A stretch of DNA of 64,000 nt, from assembly GCA_963921275.4 (NCBI GenBank), contig OZ001293.3:4096001-4160000 (forward strand). Reading direction: 5' to 3'. Made by a program: the position numbers and the translations under genes. Shown in pieces: positions 42,374-53,028 of the stretch. Under the pieces are notes generated by a model that saw only the letters and a program-made list of their open reading frames with translations, was not told where the DNA came from and ran no database searches. Source of the stretch: an uncultured Hormoscilla sp. Lineage in GTDB: Bacteria > Cyanobacteriota > Cyanobacteriia > Cyanobacteriales > Desertifilaceae. The stretch's first letter is position 1. Every line of letters starts with the position of its first letter.

Positions 42374-42888
42374 GTGTACGAGAAAAAAGACTCCAAAATG
42401 ACTTTCAAAATTTATCGGCACTGGTTGATAACTCTGGTGGTACGCTAGCGATTATTTCAACGAGTGGCAATCCGCCGTATCAATATGTTATCGAATATCG
42501 ATGTCGAGGCATAGAGCAGTTGCGAAGATATGAGCCAGATGAGCCAGTGTTCCGCAATACTCATCGGGTATAAATTACTCTAGGCAGCAATTATCCAAGA
42601 GAACAACTGGCTGCTAAGTTTCTTACTCCCATCTTCCATCCCAATGTCTATAGCAGTTTAATAATTTGTCTTGGCAATGATTGGACAATTTCAGAAACCT
42701 TAACTGAATTAGTTATCAGAATTGGCAAAATAATTCAATATGCAGATGACATAACCAATTTGAAAAGTCCAGCTAATGGGGAAGCTAAAAGCTGGGCAGA
42801 AAGGAATAAGCTGCGTCTTCCAGTAGATACTCAGACATTCAAATCCCAAATTTTTTCTTGGGATGAACAACCGGTCAACATTAGTTGA
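42370..42888 (+). pseudogene. E2 ubiquitin-conjugating enzyme-like protein with one in-frame TAA (42571-42573)
   Basis: Readthrough: REKRLQNDF...NYPREQLAAKFLTPIFHPNVYSSLIICLGNDW...NLKSPANGEA. Confidence 0.85.
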
Positions 42889-42910
42889 CAAGATTTATAG
42901 GGTGATAGTC

Positions 42911-43483
42911 ATGAACCAATTTATCCAATTTATTTCCAATATTATTAGGAGGATACGCATGTCACAAGGACCGGAGTTACCATTTACTCGACGAAATAAC
43001 CCTGAAAGAAGAAGAATTCCAGATTCAGAACAGCAAGATCAAATTGTCTGGGAAGACAGTGCTCAAATTGTTTGGGAAGACAGTGAGGATGTTTATAGGC
43101 CGATTCCCAAAAGACATAGTAATTTTCAAGCTGAACGCGGCGTCGCAGCACCACGAGTGTATATCAAAGCGAATGCTCTTCATGAACTAAAAGATCATCT
43201 AGCATCTAATACACGAGTTGAACAAAGTGGTATTCTTTTTGGGAATGCCTACCAAGACCAGCAGCATGGAGTCTACGTTGAGATTACAGCAGCCGTAGCC
43301 GCCCCAGCAACAATTGGAACAAGCGCACACCTAGACTTCACGCCTGATTCCTGGCAGGGAATTATGGATTATGCGAAGTCTAAGCATTCCGGAGAAAACA
43401 TTGTAGGCTGGTATCACTCTCATCCGAATATTGGCGTGTTCATGTCAGGAACGGACTTTTTTCTCTATGACAACGCTAAATAA
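42911..43483 (+). CDS. JAB/MPN+ (JAMM) metalloprotease, probably C-terminally truncated
   Basis: EQSGILFG...VGWYHSHPNIGVFMSGTD motif; ORF ends 8 residues after the motif. Confidence 0.85.
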   Translation: MNQFIQFISNIIRRIRMSQGPELPFTRRNNPERRRIPDSEQQDQIVWEDSAQIVWEDSEDVYRPIPKRHSNFQAERGVAAPRVYIKANALHELKDHLASNTRVEQSGILFGNAYQDQQHGVYVEITAAVAAPATIGTSAHLDFTPDSWQGIMDYAKSKHSGENIVGWYHSHPNIGVFMSGTDFFLYDNAK

Positions 43484-43889
43484 ATTGGTATTAAGGATAA
43501 CCATAAATTGTCGAGATATGAATGGGAAAATATTATTTTATTCCGCTGCGATCGCGTATAAAGAATAGCTAAAATGACAATGTTTTTAGTCGGTTTTCAA
43601 CCGACTTTAGCTATTAGCCGGGGGTTTGAACCCCGGCGGGCTATCGGAACAGATACAAGATATATTTGAGAACAGATTTTGGGATTAGACGTGAGCGAGG
43701 TTCGGCGATCGCCCCAAATACTTCCCCCGAAAACAGAGATGCGATCTGGTACTTTTGTTTAATATAATTTAGGCTGCGTAGGCGGACTTGGTTTGTATAG
43801 CCCTACCCTTTAGGGTTAGGGCGGGGTAGCGGGCGCAAAAGTGAGGTTCACCCGAGGCGATTGCCTCTTGCTGGGATAGGGTGCAATAT

Positions 43890-44003
43890 GCTAAACTACA
43901 CAACAGACTTGCCTTGCATGGGTCTTAGGGGCACGCCAGCAACACCTGACCGCAGTAGAGAGAGTTTGGGTCCTCTTCCACCAGACTACTCTTAGCATAC
44001 AAG
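43890..44003 (-). mobile_element. IS110 left-end remnant with intact target-binding-loop region and target junction
   Basis: Homologous to 4383-4470; minus-strand junction TGCCGTGCCC-CT-TGTATGC. Confidence 0.7.
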
Positions 44004-44279
44004 GGGCACGGCATCAATAAATTATCGGGTGATTGAATTAATTAACTCACGCCATGCCCCGGACGGCACCGCATATTATTGCCGATAACAATATAATTGG
44101 CGATCGCCCTAAATCCTTCCCCGAAAACTCCAGATGCGATCGCCCCAAATTCTTCCCCGAAAACCGAGATGCGATCGCCCGTAAAGAGGAAAGTATCGGG
44201 GTTGTTACCATTGGTCATATTAATTAAAAAACGACGAGCAGTTTCGTAATCCATCTCCAGTAATATCTGGCGCAACACT

Positions 44280-44947
44280 CAGGGTATACTGCTGGTGGAG
44301 TGGGTATGGCAGCAGCCTTTAGCTTCTATCCCAGCAAAAATTTGGGAGCTTGTGGGGATGGTGGTATGGTTTTGACCAACAATGCCGAAGTGGCCCAAAA
44401 TGTGCGATCGCTCTGCAACTACGGAGCCCCGCACAAATATTATCATACCGAGTTCGGTATCAACAGTCGGCTGGATAACTTACAAGCAGCCATACTCAAT
44501 GTTAAACTTCCCTATCTGGAGCCGTGGAACCAATCTCGTCGGGAAGCAGCAACCATTTACGACGCCCAACTAGAACCATTGCAGGATCTAGGAATTCTTC
44601 CCATTCAGAACCACAGCAATACGGGGCACATTTATCATTTATACGTAATCCGCCTGCTGTCCACTTGCTCCATAGACCGGGATATCCTAGCTGAGAAACT
44701 GAACGCCCAAGGCATTCAAACTGGCATCCATTATCCCATTCCCTGTCATCTACAACCAGCTTATAAATATTTAGGCTATCGTGCTAGTGACTTTCCCCAG
44801 GCCGAAACTCTCTGCCAGCAGATTCTCTCCTTACCCATGTATCCCGGTCTGACTACCGATCGGATCGGGGGCATAGTCGCTACCATTAAATCAGCGATCG
44901 ACGCCTCCGGGGTTTTTGCGTCAGCGCAGCGGCTGCGCAGCCGCTAG
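44280..44947 (+). pseudogene. DegT/DnrJ/EryC1/StrS aminotransferase, 5'-truncated
   Basis: FSFYPSKNLGACGDGG, NSRLDNLQAA, LSLPMYP; N-terminal half missing. Confidence 0.85.
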
Positions 44948-45055
44948 CATCCCGGAGGCGTCGAAGGTGTGTCATAGGACTGCGCGTTTGTCTGTCCGAG
45001 GTAACCAATAACTGATAACTAACAACTGACATGGTGGGCAATGCCCACCTACCAA

Positions 45056-45550
45056 ATAGACATCTCCAAAATAGAAATTTATGCTATAATAAGATTTGAA
45101 AATTTAATTTTGTGACGAGTATTACCTGGACATATTTGCAAGCCAAGCCTAAAGAAGCAAAACGGCTCATCGGTATCAGCTATGAAAACTTAATACAACT
45201 TATTGCAATTGCTAAAAAGTTGGATAAAAATCATAAAGAAAAGGTGGAAGAACACAAAACTAGATTGATAAGTCGGAGGGGTGAAAGCTAAATTATTAGT
45301 AGAAGAGCAAATAATTTTAACTTTGATGTATCTGCGTCAAGGATTAACATTCCCAGTATTAGCTATACTTTTGTCAGTGAAAGCTAATGATATTTTTAAT
45401 TATTGGCAAGATATTTTCCGCTTTGCCGTTTACTTGAACAAAAAAATGGAGAAGATGAAGAATATTTATCTAAACTTTTAACAGAATATGAGTTGATAGT
45501 CGATAGCGCAGAGCAAGCCATACCAAGACCTAAAGACTATGAAGAGCAGT
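45056..45550 (+). pseudogene. IS5/ISL2-like transposase N-terminal fragment
   Basis: KRLIGISYE, EQIILTLMYLRQ, ELIVDSAEQAI.RPKDYEEQ across frameshifts. Confidence 0.7.
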
Positions 45551-46254
45551 AGGTGACCCGTCCAAGTCACGATTACCGGGGAAGTCGTCAGACAGGGATT
45601 CTATCCCCTAGCTCAGCCTTCCCTCTCTACCGCTTTGCTGATCTCCGGTGGCACGAACCAGCAAGCAGACCTGCGAAGGGTACTGGTACGTCGGACTTTA
45701 ATCGATGGTTCTGCGATCGAGAAAGAGATTGACCTGTTTAGCGCTCTGAAAAACTCCGAGCCAATACCCGATTTACGCTTAGAAAATGGAGATGTGGTGA
45801 TCTTGCCTCAACTGCCACCGGACGATCGCGATTATGACCGGGCATTGATCGCTACTACTAACCTGGCTGAACCACAGATCAGGCTCAAGCTTTTGAGATC
45901 CCCTGGTGGGATTGGTAATCTCACATTGCCAAACGACAGTACCTTTGTCGATGCGCTGCGATCGGGGCAAATCCTGACATATCCGACATCCGAAACATTG
46001 CTTTGATCCGGTTTGAGCCAAAAGAGGGCAGAACGGTTACCTATATCTTAGATGGTAAAAGTGCTCTGCTGGGTGACACCGATCAAGACCTGCTTTTGCG
46101 CAATCACGATGTCATTGCCGTAGGTCGAACCCTGATCTCTAGGATTAGTTTTGCCCTGATGACTATAACCCAACCATTCCGAGATATTTTGGGATTTCTG
46201 TTGTTCTTCAATCAATTTGATAATGTCTTCAACGAAGATCGCAGAAGAAACTGA
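45551..46254 (+). pseudogene. Polysaccharide export protein (Wza/SLBB) C-terminal fragment, frameshifted
   Basis: VQVTITGEVVR.GFYPL, ADLRRVLVRR, L.NGDVV, TQPFRDILGFLLFF. Confidence 0.75.
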
Positions 46255-46303
46255 TCGGTATTAAAATAATTTAACATCAAAAATTACCAAGGAAAATGCT
46301 ACC

Positions 46304-47450
46304 ATGACTTCACCCATTGTTAAGCGCTATCTGATTGCCTTAAATAAATACTGGTTTTTGATACCAGTGGGAATTTGGGTCGGTGTAGCTGGGGGCTTTG
46401 TTTACGATCTTTTTTTGCAATCGACTACCCAACAAACTGAATACACGATTACAGGAGTGCTGCGGTACACTCGTCCCCCAGTGACATTTTCTGAAATAGG
46501 TAATGTGATTCAAGACCAGGGACAGAAACTGACCCTGGAGGAACTGCTGGTTCCTAAGGTGCTGGAGTCAGTGATAGCATGAGATGGAGTGAAAACCGCG
46601 CCAAAAGATATTGTAAAAGCGATAAATGTCACACCTCCTAAAAAAGATAACTCAAAGCTGATGGTTATCTATAAAACGACTGATGAGTCGGAAGGACTGA
46701 TCGTAACGACAGCATTAATGGAGGAGATGGTAGAACGGAGTCGCGAAATCAATATAACCCTTTGGCGATTGGTGATTGACGAAATTAACAAACGCTTGCC
46801 AGCAGTGCTGGAGGAAATCCGGGCCGCAGAGCAAGATTTGGAACAGTTTATCCGACGAGAGCAAACGGCACTCTTAGCGATCGAAGCTGGGCAATTACCA
46901 GGCTCAATTGTCAGCAGTCAACAACAGCAACGACAGATTCAACTCCAGCTAGAGGGGATTGAGGCCCAAATGCAAAGCCTGTCCGAGCAACTGGGGTTGA
47001 CACCGGAAGAAGCCTACGCTTCAGCAGCCCTCAGTGCCGACCCGATTATTGCCGATCTGCGGGCCCGATTCTATCAAACTGAAACTCAAATGCAGCTAAT
47101 GAGTCAAGATTTGCGACCCGATCATCCATAATGATGCAGTTGCAGCGGGAACTCGAATCCTCTGAGCAATTGCTAGAGCAGCGAGCAGATGAGGTGATAG
47201 GCGGCAATGGCCAAGGGACACCACTTGTCAGTGAGACGATTCGCCAAGACAGCAACCTGGATCCAGCACGGCAACAGCTGGCTCAGACTCTAGTAAGTTT
47301 ACAAACACAGCGGGAGTAACTGCAACGGCAATTGCAGGTGGCGAGTGACCGAGAGCAGGAACTAAGACAACGGTATGAAACTCTGCCCAACAAGCGACTG
47401 GAAGAAGCGCGGTTGCAGCAACAGCTGGAGTTGAAAAAGAGTTTTTACAT
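46304..47450 (+). pseudogene. Wzc/GumC-like polysaccharide co-polymerase, multiple stops, truncated
   Basis: MTSPIVKRYLIAL.KY, coiled coil, ASAALSADPII; broken into four ORFs. Confidence 0.75.
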
Positions 47451-47678
47451 GGCTGAGTCCATCAATCTCCTCGCCTCTACGTGTGAATTCCGATTTTTGG
47501 GAGCCATCATTAACGGAGAGTATATGCCTCTGCACTCACTATCACCCATCGAGTCTCCAGCTTGATCGTTGTTCATTGAAAATTGAAAATTGGCGTTCCC
47601 AGGCGGGAGCCAGGGAACGAGGAAAATTGCCAATTGTGAATTTGTGATTATTTATTCATGTCCATTTTCCATTTGCCA

Positions 47679-49236
47679 TTATTCATCATAGTCAAATGGA
47701 TGGGGTCGAGCCGGGAATCGCTTCCCGACCCTCCCTTGAGGAACCGGACTTGCGATTTTCACCGCATCCGGCTACTGGGTACTAGGCCCTTTTCATAGGT
47801 AGACTTAATAGGAATTACTTCCGTTAGCCCTTGCCGCCTGTCTTTTCTTCCCTTTCCTGGTTTAGCGAGTGGTTGTTCTGATAACCGTTAGTATCACCAT
47901 TTTCAAGTCAGTTTTACCAGTTATCCATACCTTATCCTCCACTTGCGTTTCGGATTAGTTCCGTGGCTTTTTAGGATTACTCATTCCAGCAGCTTCCTAG
48001 TATCACCGACCCACGTCAGCGCTGGCTACCCAGCATCATCTACATTACTGTAGATGTTATCCCAGGAATTACCCCGGGCATTCGCTTCTTGGGCCATCCC
48101 TCCCCCCGTGGCTTGCGCTTAACATCTAACTTGTCCTGATGGACAGCACACGAGAGGTTACTTCGTTCCCTAACAACATTTCGCGATACCTTTAGGTCCA
48201 CACTATACCCCGGGAGCTATTTGAGTACTATATTAGCCAGAGTCTAAAACTAATACTAGCTACCATTTCCTTTTTAGGCCAGCGCATATAGCCTTATTTC
48301 GCTGGTTCCTTATAACGAGGCTTGCACATGTTTGCCTGCTCTAACCTTGGATATCTTTCCTAGCGGCGTCACCGGCTTAGGCTGCCAGTTATCCTACATT
48401 TGAGTCCTCGCTTAGCACCACGATGATGTCGCTTCGTAGCACCGAGGACCGGTGTCACCCCCGTACCTGGGGGGAGGGGAATTTAACCCCCATGCGGTCA
48501 GAGTTCCTGGCTAATGAAACCGGGCTAGCGTTCCGTGTTTGACCACGTTAGGCTAGAACGAATCGCACAGACCCATCAAGGGTGCTAAAAGCGCCCCAAA
48601 CACAAATCCACCAGCATGGGCCCAGTATGCAATTCCGCCCATATTAGCGGGTGCATTCAGACTGGCAAAGCTAGAAATCGCTTGGGTGACAAACCAAATA
48701 CCCAGAAAAACCATCGCTGGGATGCGAATGGTAGTGATAAAATACCCCAGGAAAACCAATGTGAGAACTTTAGCCCGGGGAAACCTGATAATGTAGGCTC
48801 CCATTACACCTGCGATCGCCCCTGACGCGCCCAAGGAAGGGATATCAGAAGACTGGGAAAAGAACCACTGGGTCAATGCCGCCAACATCCCGCAGATCAG
48901 ATAGAAGATGATAAATTTGACATGACCCAGTTTATCTTCCACATTGTTGCCAAAAATCCAGAGAAACAACATATTCCCTAACAGGTGCATCCAACTCCCG
49001 TGCAGGAATTGGGAGGTAAACAGAGTCAGCCACTCTGGCACCGGTTGGTTTACTGCCACGCCAGTAAAGCTAGCAGATAGCTCCCTGGGAACCACTGCAA
49101 ACAGGTGGTAGAATTCTCCTAGTTCTTGGGGTGCCAAACTAACTTGATACAGAAAAATCAGGATATTCGTAGCAATCAGCCCATAGGTAAAATAGGGGGT
49201 TGATTGGGTGGGATTTTCGTCATGTAAGGGAAACAT
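47679..49236 (-). CDS. Rhomboid family intramembrane serine protease (exons 49236-48569 and 47697-47679; unspliced ORF ends at 48553)
   Basis: FLHGSWMHLLGNM, GASG, AHAGG. Confidence 0.88.
47698..48568 (-). mobile_element. Complete-looking ORF-less group II intron (~870 nt)
   Basis: 5' GTGCGATTCGTTC at 48568; DV AGCCGGATGCGGTGAAAATCGCAAGTCCGGTTC; DVI ending CGACCCCATCC; no RT ORF. Confidence 0.85.
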
Positions 49237-49274
49237 TGTAAATTGTAAATTGTAAATTTTTGATTATTTCTTTG

Positions 49275-49493
49275 CAATACTCCGGACACTTTGGGGAACT
49301 CTTAACTCTTAACTCTTAACGGGAAACACTCCTTCGTAGTCCTTTTGCTGCAACCCTTTAGGGTTGCGGCAATGGGACATTAATTTTTTCGGAAGTCAGC
49401 CCCCCCGGCTAACAAACCCAAAAATTGCTCTGTATAGCATTGGCTTACCCTGCAAGGCTTACAGCGGAGTTGTCAAAATTGTCCGGACTATTG
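49275..49493. mobile_element. MITE with CAATACTCCGGACA / TGTCCGGACTATTG TIRs
   Basis: 6-bp TSD TCTTTG; same family as 14675-14903. Confidence 0.8.
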
Positions 49494-49641
49494 TCTTTGA
49501 CAATTCGCCATTTTCCATTATTATACTTCTGGTTAGGGCCAGATAATTGCGGCGGTGACACAGTTGGTTGACATTGGTTGCCAATCAAGCTATGGCACCG
49601 CCGCTGCGAGGGTCTAGCTGACCGAAATTGGCTAGTGCATC

Positions 49642-50130
49642 TTAGCGAGCACTTTTACCCCCTGCCCACCGGGACTCTATCTGCGGTTGGGTGAGCAGAT
49701 AACCGGCAATATCTACCAGATCGTCTTCTGTCAAGTTTCTCATCTTAGGAAAAATATCGGCACTGTTGATGCCAGGGTGCTCCTCGGAAATGTCCTCTTC
49801 TCCGTCGAAACTCATGGGGGCCTTCAGAAAATCCACTATCCCTTGAATGTTGTCGCGCGGTGGCGTTGCCAGAGATAGAGTTTCCAGGTCCAGTCCGATA
49901 TTGGGATTAGTTTTAGTCATTCCCTGGCCGTGACAGCTTGAACAGGCATAGTTAAACTGCTTTTTCCCGTTGTCAAGCTGCTTCTCGGTCAAGACGATCG
50001 TCTCACCATCTTCATTCTGTGGCACAGTACGGGTGGCTTCGTCTAGTTCGAGGGCAGTGACACTGCTGACAAACATGACAAAGGTCAATAATACAATGGC
50101 TACAGCTAGCCAGGTGTATTTTTTTAGCAT
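49642..50130 (-). CDS. psbV: Photosystem II cytochrome c550
   Basis: Signal peptide, CSSCH heme motif, KTNPNIGL, LATPPRDN, HPGINSADIFPKMRNL. Confidence 0.95.
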   Translation of the reverse strand: MLKKYTWLAVAIVLLTFVMFVSSVTALELDEATRTVPQNEDGETIVLTEKQLDNGKKQFNYACSSCHGQGMTKTNPNIGLDLETLSLATPPRDNIQGIVDFLKAPMSFDGEEDISEEHPGINSADIFPKMRNLTEDDLVDIAGYLLTQPQIESRWAGGKSAR

Positions 50131-50606
50131 GGTTCTCCCTAAAAATTTTTGTTCTTTTATGGCTTGGGCAACCCCAGATGCAGCATCAGGACACACCGAT
50201 AACCTTATCCCGGACTGAACAATACCAGTTGTCTGGCGGTCTAGCCCGGGCGGAGCCAGTAGATGACTGGCTCTATGGCTAGTAATCTGAAGCTATGTTG
50301 TCAGCTTCTTTGTCGGCTAGCGGGCGGCATGGTTTGTACCCTAAAGCTAGATCTAGAGTTGCACCTCATATGAACATCATGCCATTGCGGTGCTCTTTTC
50401 CCAAGCCTCTTCCCTGCCAGGCAAGGTGAGTATGTCTCTTGGATGTCTCAGGAGTAGTGCGACTATGATGTCCCCGGGTTTCGCCGTGCGCCTGGGGGAC
50501 ATCAAGCTCTGGTGGAGACATCGAACGCTTCCAAGATTTAGGGGTGGCGATCGCCATTCGGGCCCGTGAATTATCCAGTTGGCTTATTCCTCTGGTCGGC
50601 AGCTAG

Positions 50607-51563
50607 CTAGTTGATTATGGTCATACTGTTGATTAATTGAGAGTTGGTTAATGCCGTAGCATGGTGATTTCTTGGCAATGATTGTCCATCCTTTGCTAGC
50701 ATGGGCCCAGATTGATGGAGGCCGATCAGCTGGGCGAGGGTTTTTTTGAGCTGGGTGCGAGGGACGATGATATCGACAAAGCCATGCTCCAGGAGATACT
50801 CCGAGGTTTGAAAACCCTCTGGGAGCTTTTCTCGGAGGGTTTGTTCGATCACCCGGCGACCTGCGAAGCCAATGGTAGCTTTCGGTTCGGCGATAATAAT
50901 GTCTCCCAACATGGCAAAGCTGGCTGTTACGCCGCCGGTGGTGGGGTGAGTCAGCACGGGGATGTAGAACAGTTTAGCTTCTCGATGTTTTTCTAAGGCT
51001 CCTGCGATTTTTGCCATTTGGATCAGACTCAGCATCCCTTCTTGCATCCTGGCACCGCCGGAAGCACAGACAATAATGATTGGCAGACTCTCTAGGGTGG
51101 CCCGTTCGATCAGGCGGGTGAGTTTTTCCCCGACTACCGACCCCATACTACCACCCATAAACCGAAAGTCCATAACGCCGAGGGCGACTTTAAAGCTTTC
51201 TAGTTGACCCAAACCTGTCTGTACGGCGTCTGGAAGGTGGGTTTTTTCTTGGTATTCCCGCAGGCGAGCGCTATATTTTTTGCGATCGCGAAACTTCAGC
51301 GGGTCATCGGGATGCAGATGCCGATCTAGGGGTTGCCAAGTCTGGGCATCTATCAGCTGGCGGATGCGCTCATCGCTATCGACTGATATATGATGACCAC
51401 AGTCAGGACAGATCATTTGGGAAGCTTGCAGGTCTTTTGTATAGGCGATCGCCTCACAGGAGGGACACTTGGTCCACAGTCCATCAGCTACCTCACGTTC
51501 TTGTCGCTCTCGACTAATTGGCTCTGATTTTTGTTGATTTGCAAACCAATCAAATATAGACAT
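50607..51563 (-). CDS. accD: Acetyl-CoA carboxylase carboxyltransferase beta subunit
   Basis: MSIFDWF, CPSC/CPDC Zn finger, [20 protein letters not shown]. Confidence 0.96.
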   Translation of the reverse strand: MSIFDWFANQQKSEPISRERQEREVADGLWTKCPSCEAIAYTKDLQASQMICPDCGHHISVDSDERIRQLIDAQTWQPLDRHLHPDDPLKFRDRKKYSARLREYQEKTHLPDAVQTGLGQLESFKVALGVMDFRFMGGSMGSVVGEKLTRLIERATLESLPIIIVCASGGARMQEGMLSLIQMAKIAGALEKHREAKLFYIPVLTHPTTGGVTASFAMLGDIIIAEPKATIGFAGRRVIEQTLREKLPEGFQTSEYLLEHGFVDIIVPRTQLKKTLAQLIGLHQSGPMLAKDGQSLPRNHHATALTNSQLINSMTIIN

Positions 51564-51636
51564 GAAAACGGCTATTTCCCTTCTATTAGAGATTTTATAA
51601 GTAGAGGAACCACCATCCGACTCAAACACTATCCTA

Positions 51637-52425
51637 TCAGGTGACTGGGAAGAATAACCGTAAGTATGTCGATAAAATAGCTTCTCCCCAGAGGGCTGTT
51701 ACTGCTGCACCGAGGGCCAGAAATGGTCCAAAGGGCATGGCTTGACGCCGCTTGAGCCACCCGAGGGCGATCGCCCCTCCACCGGCAAAAGCCCCGAGGG
51801 CACAGGCGAGAAACCCTGCTAGCAGCAAATATTTCCAGCCTAACCAGGCCCCCATCATGGCCGCTAATTTGGCATCGCCGCCACCCATTGCTGCTTGTCC
51901 CAAGGCGAGAGACCCCAACAAGATAATGGCCTCAAACAACCATAGACCCAGAACTGCCCCAAATATCCCATTCATCAGGGGATAGACATCACCTGCACCA
52001 GTAGCTGCCTGAAACAGCAAGCCCGCCAATAATCCCGACTGGGTGAGAGAATTAGGTAAGGTCATCGTATCCAGGTCGATCAGGGACAATGCCAGCAGCC
52101 AGCTGAAGAATGCCCAATATCCCAGAGTTTGCCCAGATAGGCCAAAGCGCCAGTAAATCAGTAAAAATAGGATGCCAGAGGCAGCTTCTACCAGGGGATA
52201 GCGCCGGGAAATAGGGAAGAGGCAGTTGCTACAGCGCCCCCTTAACCATAGCCAGCCGAAAATTGGCACATTCTCAGAGGGCTTTAGCTGGTAGGAGCAT
52301 TTGGGACAGCGACTTGGAGGCCATAGTATCGATAACCCTGCTGGTATCCGATAAATTACCACATTTAAAAAACTGCCGATCGCCGATCCGAGGATAAAGA
52401 CAATTATAGCAGCAAATATTTCCAT
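51637..52425 (-). CDS. pilD: Prepilin peptidase
   Basis: [38 protein letters not shown]. Confidence 0.93.
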   Translation of the reverse strand: MEIFAAIIVFILGSAIGSFLNVVIYRIPAGLSILWPPSRCPKCSYQLKPSENVPIFGWLWLRGRCSNCLFPISRRYPLVEAASGILFLLIYWRFGLSGQTLGYWAFFSWLLALSLIDLDTMTLPNSLTQSGLLAGLLFQAATGAGDVYPLMNGIFGAVLGLWLFEAIILLGSLALGQAAMGGGDAKLAAMMGAWLGWKYLLLAGFLACALGAFAGGGAIALGWLKRRQAMPFGPFLALGAAVTALWGEAILSTYLRLFFPVT

Positions 52426-52446
52426 AGGTTAGCGATCTATTACTGC

Positions 52447-52839
52447 TCAGTCATACTGTTGTGATTCCATATAATCAAGGGGCACGAAGCATTCTTGGGG
52501 CAATAATATCGGTGTGCCCTTAAATATTAGTAGGGATCGATAGGTTTCGCGATTAATCACCACACCTAGGGGACGCCGCGTTTGTAAGTGAGGGATTTCC
52601 AGGTAAATATAATAAAGCTGTCGAGCCGCCTGAAGCAAGACTGGATCTCTAAACTTCGAGATCTCCTGCAGTGATCTCACCTGTTCGGCATGGCACCCAG
52701 GAGACATCTTCGGTGCCTTCGGGATGTATGCAGCCGCGGCTGCACTGCGCTGACGCAAAAACCCCTCAGGCACCGAGGCAACATCGATTCTGTCTGGACG
52801 ATTATATGGCGATTGTGCTGAAGTTTGCACCACTTGCAT
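52447..52839 (-). CDS. Hypothetical cyanobacterial protein carrying hairpin-element insertions
   Basis: Conserved-looking C-part DPVLLQAARQLY...RPLGVVIN...PILLPQECFVP; hairpins at about 52657-52775. Confidence 0.6.
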   Translation of the reverse strand: MQVVQTSAQSPYNRPDRIDVASVPEGFLRQRSAAAAAYIPKAPKMSPGCHAEQVRSLQEISKFRDPVLLQAARQLYYIYLEIPHLQTRRPLGVVINRETYRSLLIFKGTPILLPQECFVPLDYMESQQYD

Positions 52840-53028
52840 CTCCCTCTAGTCTCTACCCGACTTTAGCCGATCCGGGAGATTCCGACAAGGATTCTGCTCA
52901 GGGGTGTGGTCATACATTGGTTTAGTGGAGAACAGGGAACGGGGAACTCTTAACGCCGAACAGTTGCCAACTGGTGCGAGGTCACGCCCGTTTCCCCGTG
53001 ACCTCAACCCCGATAATGGAGAAGGGAT

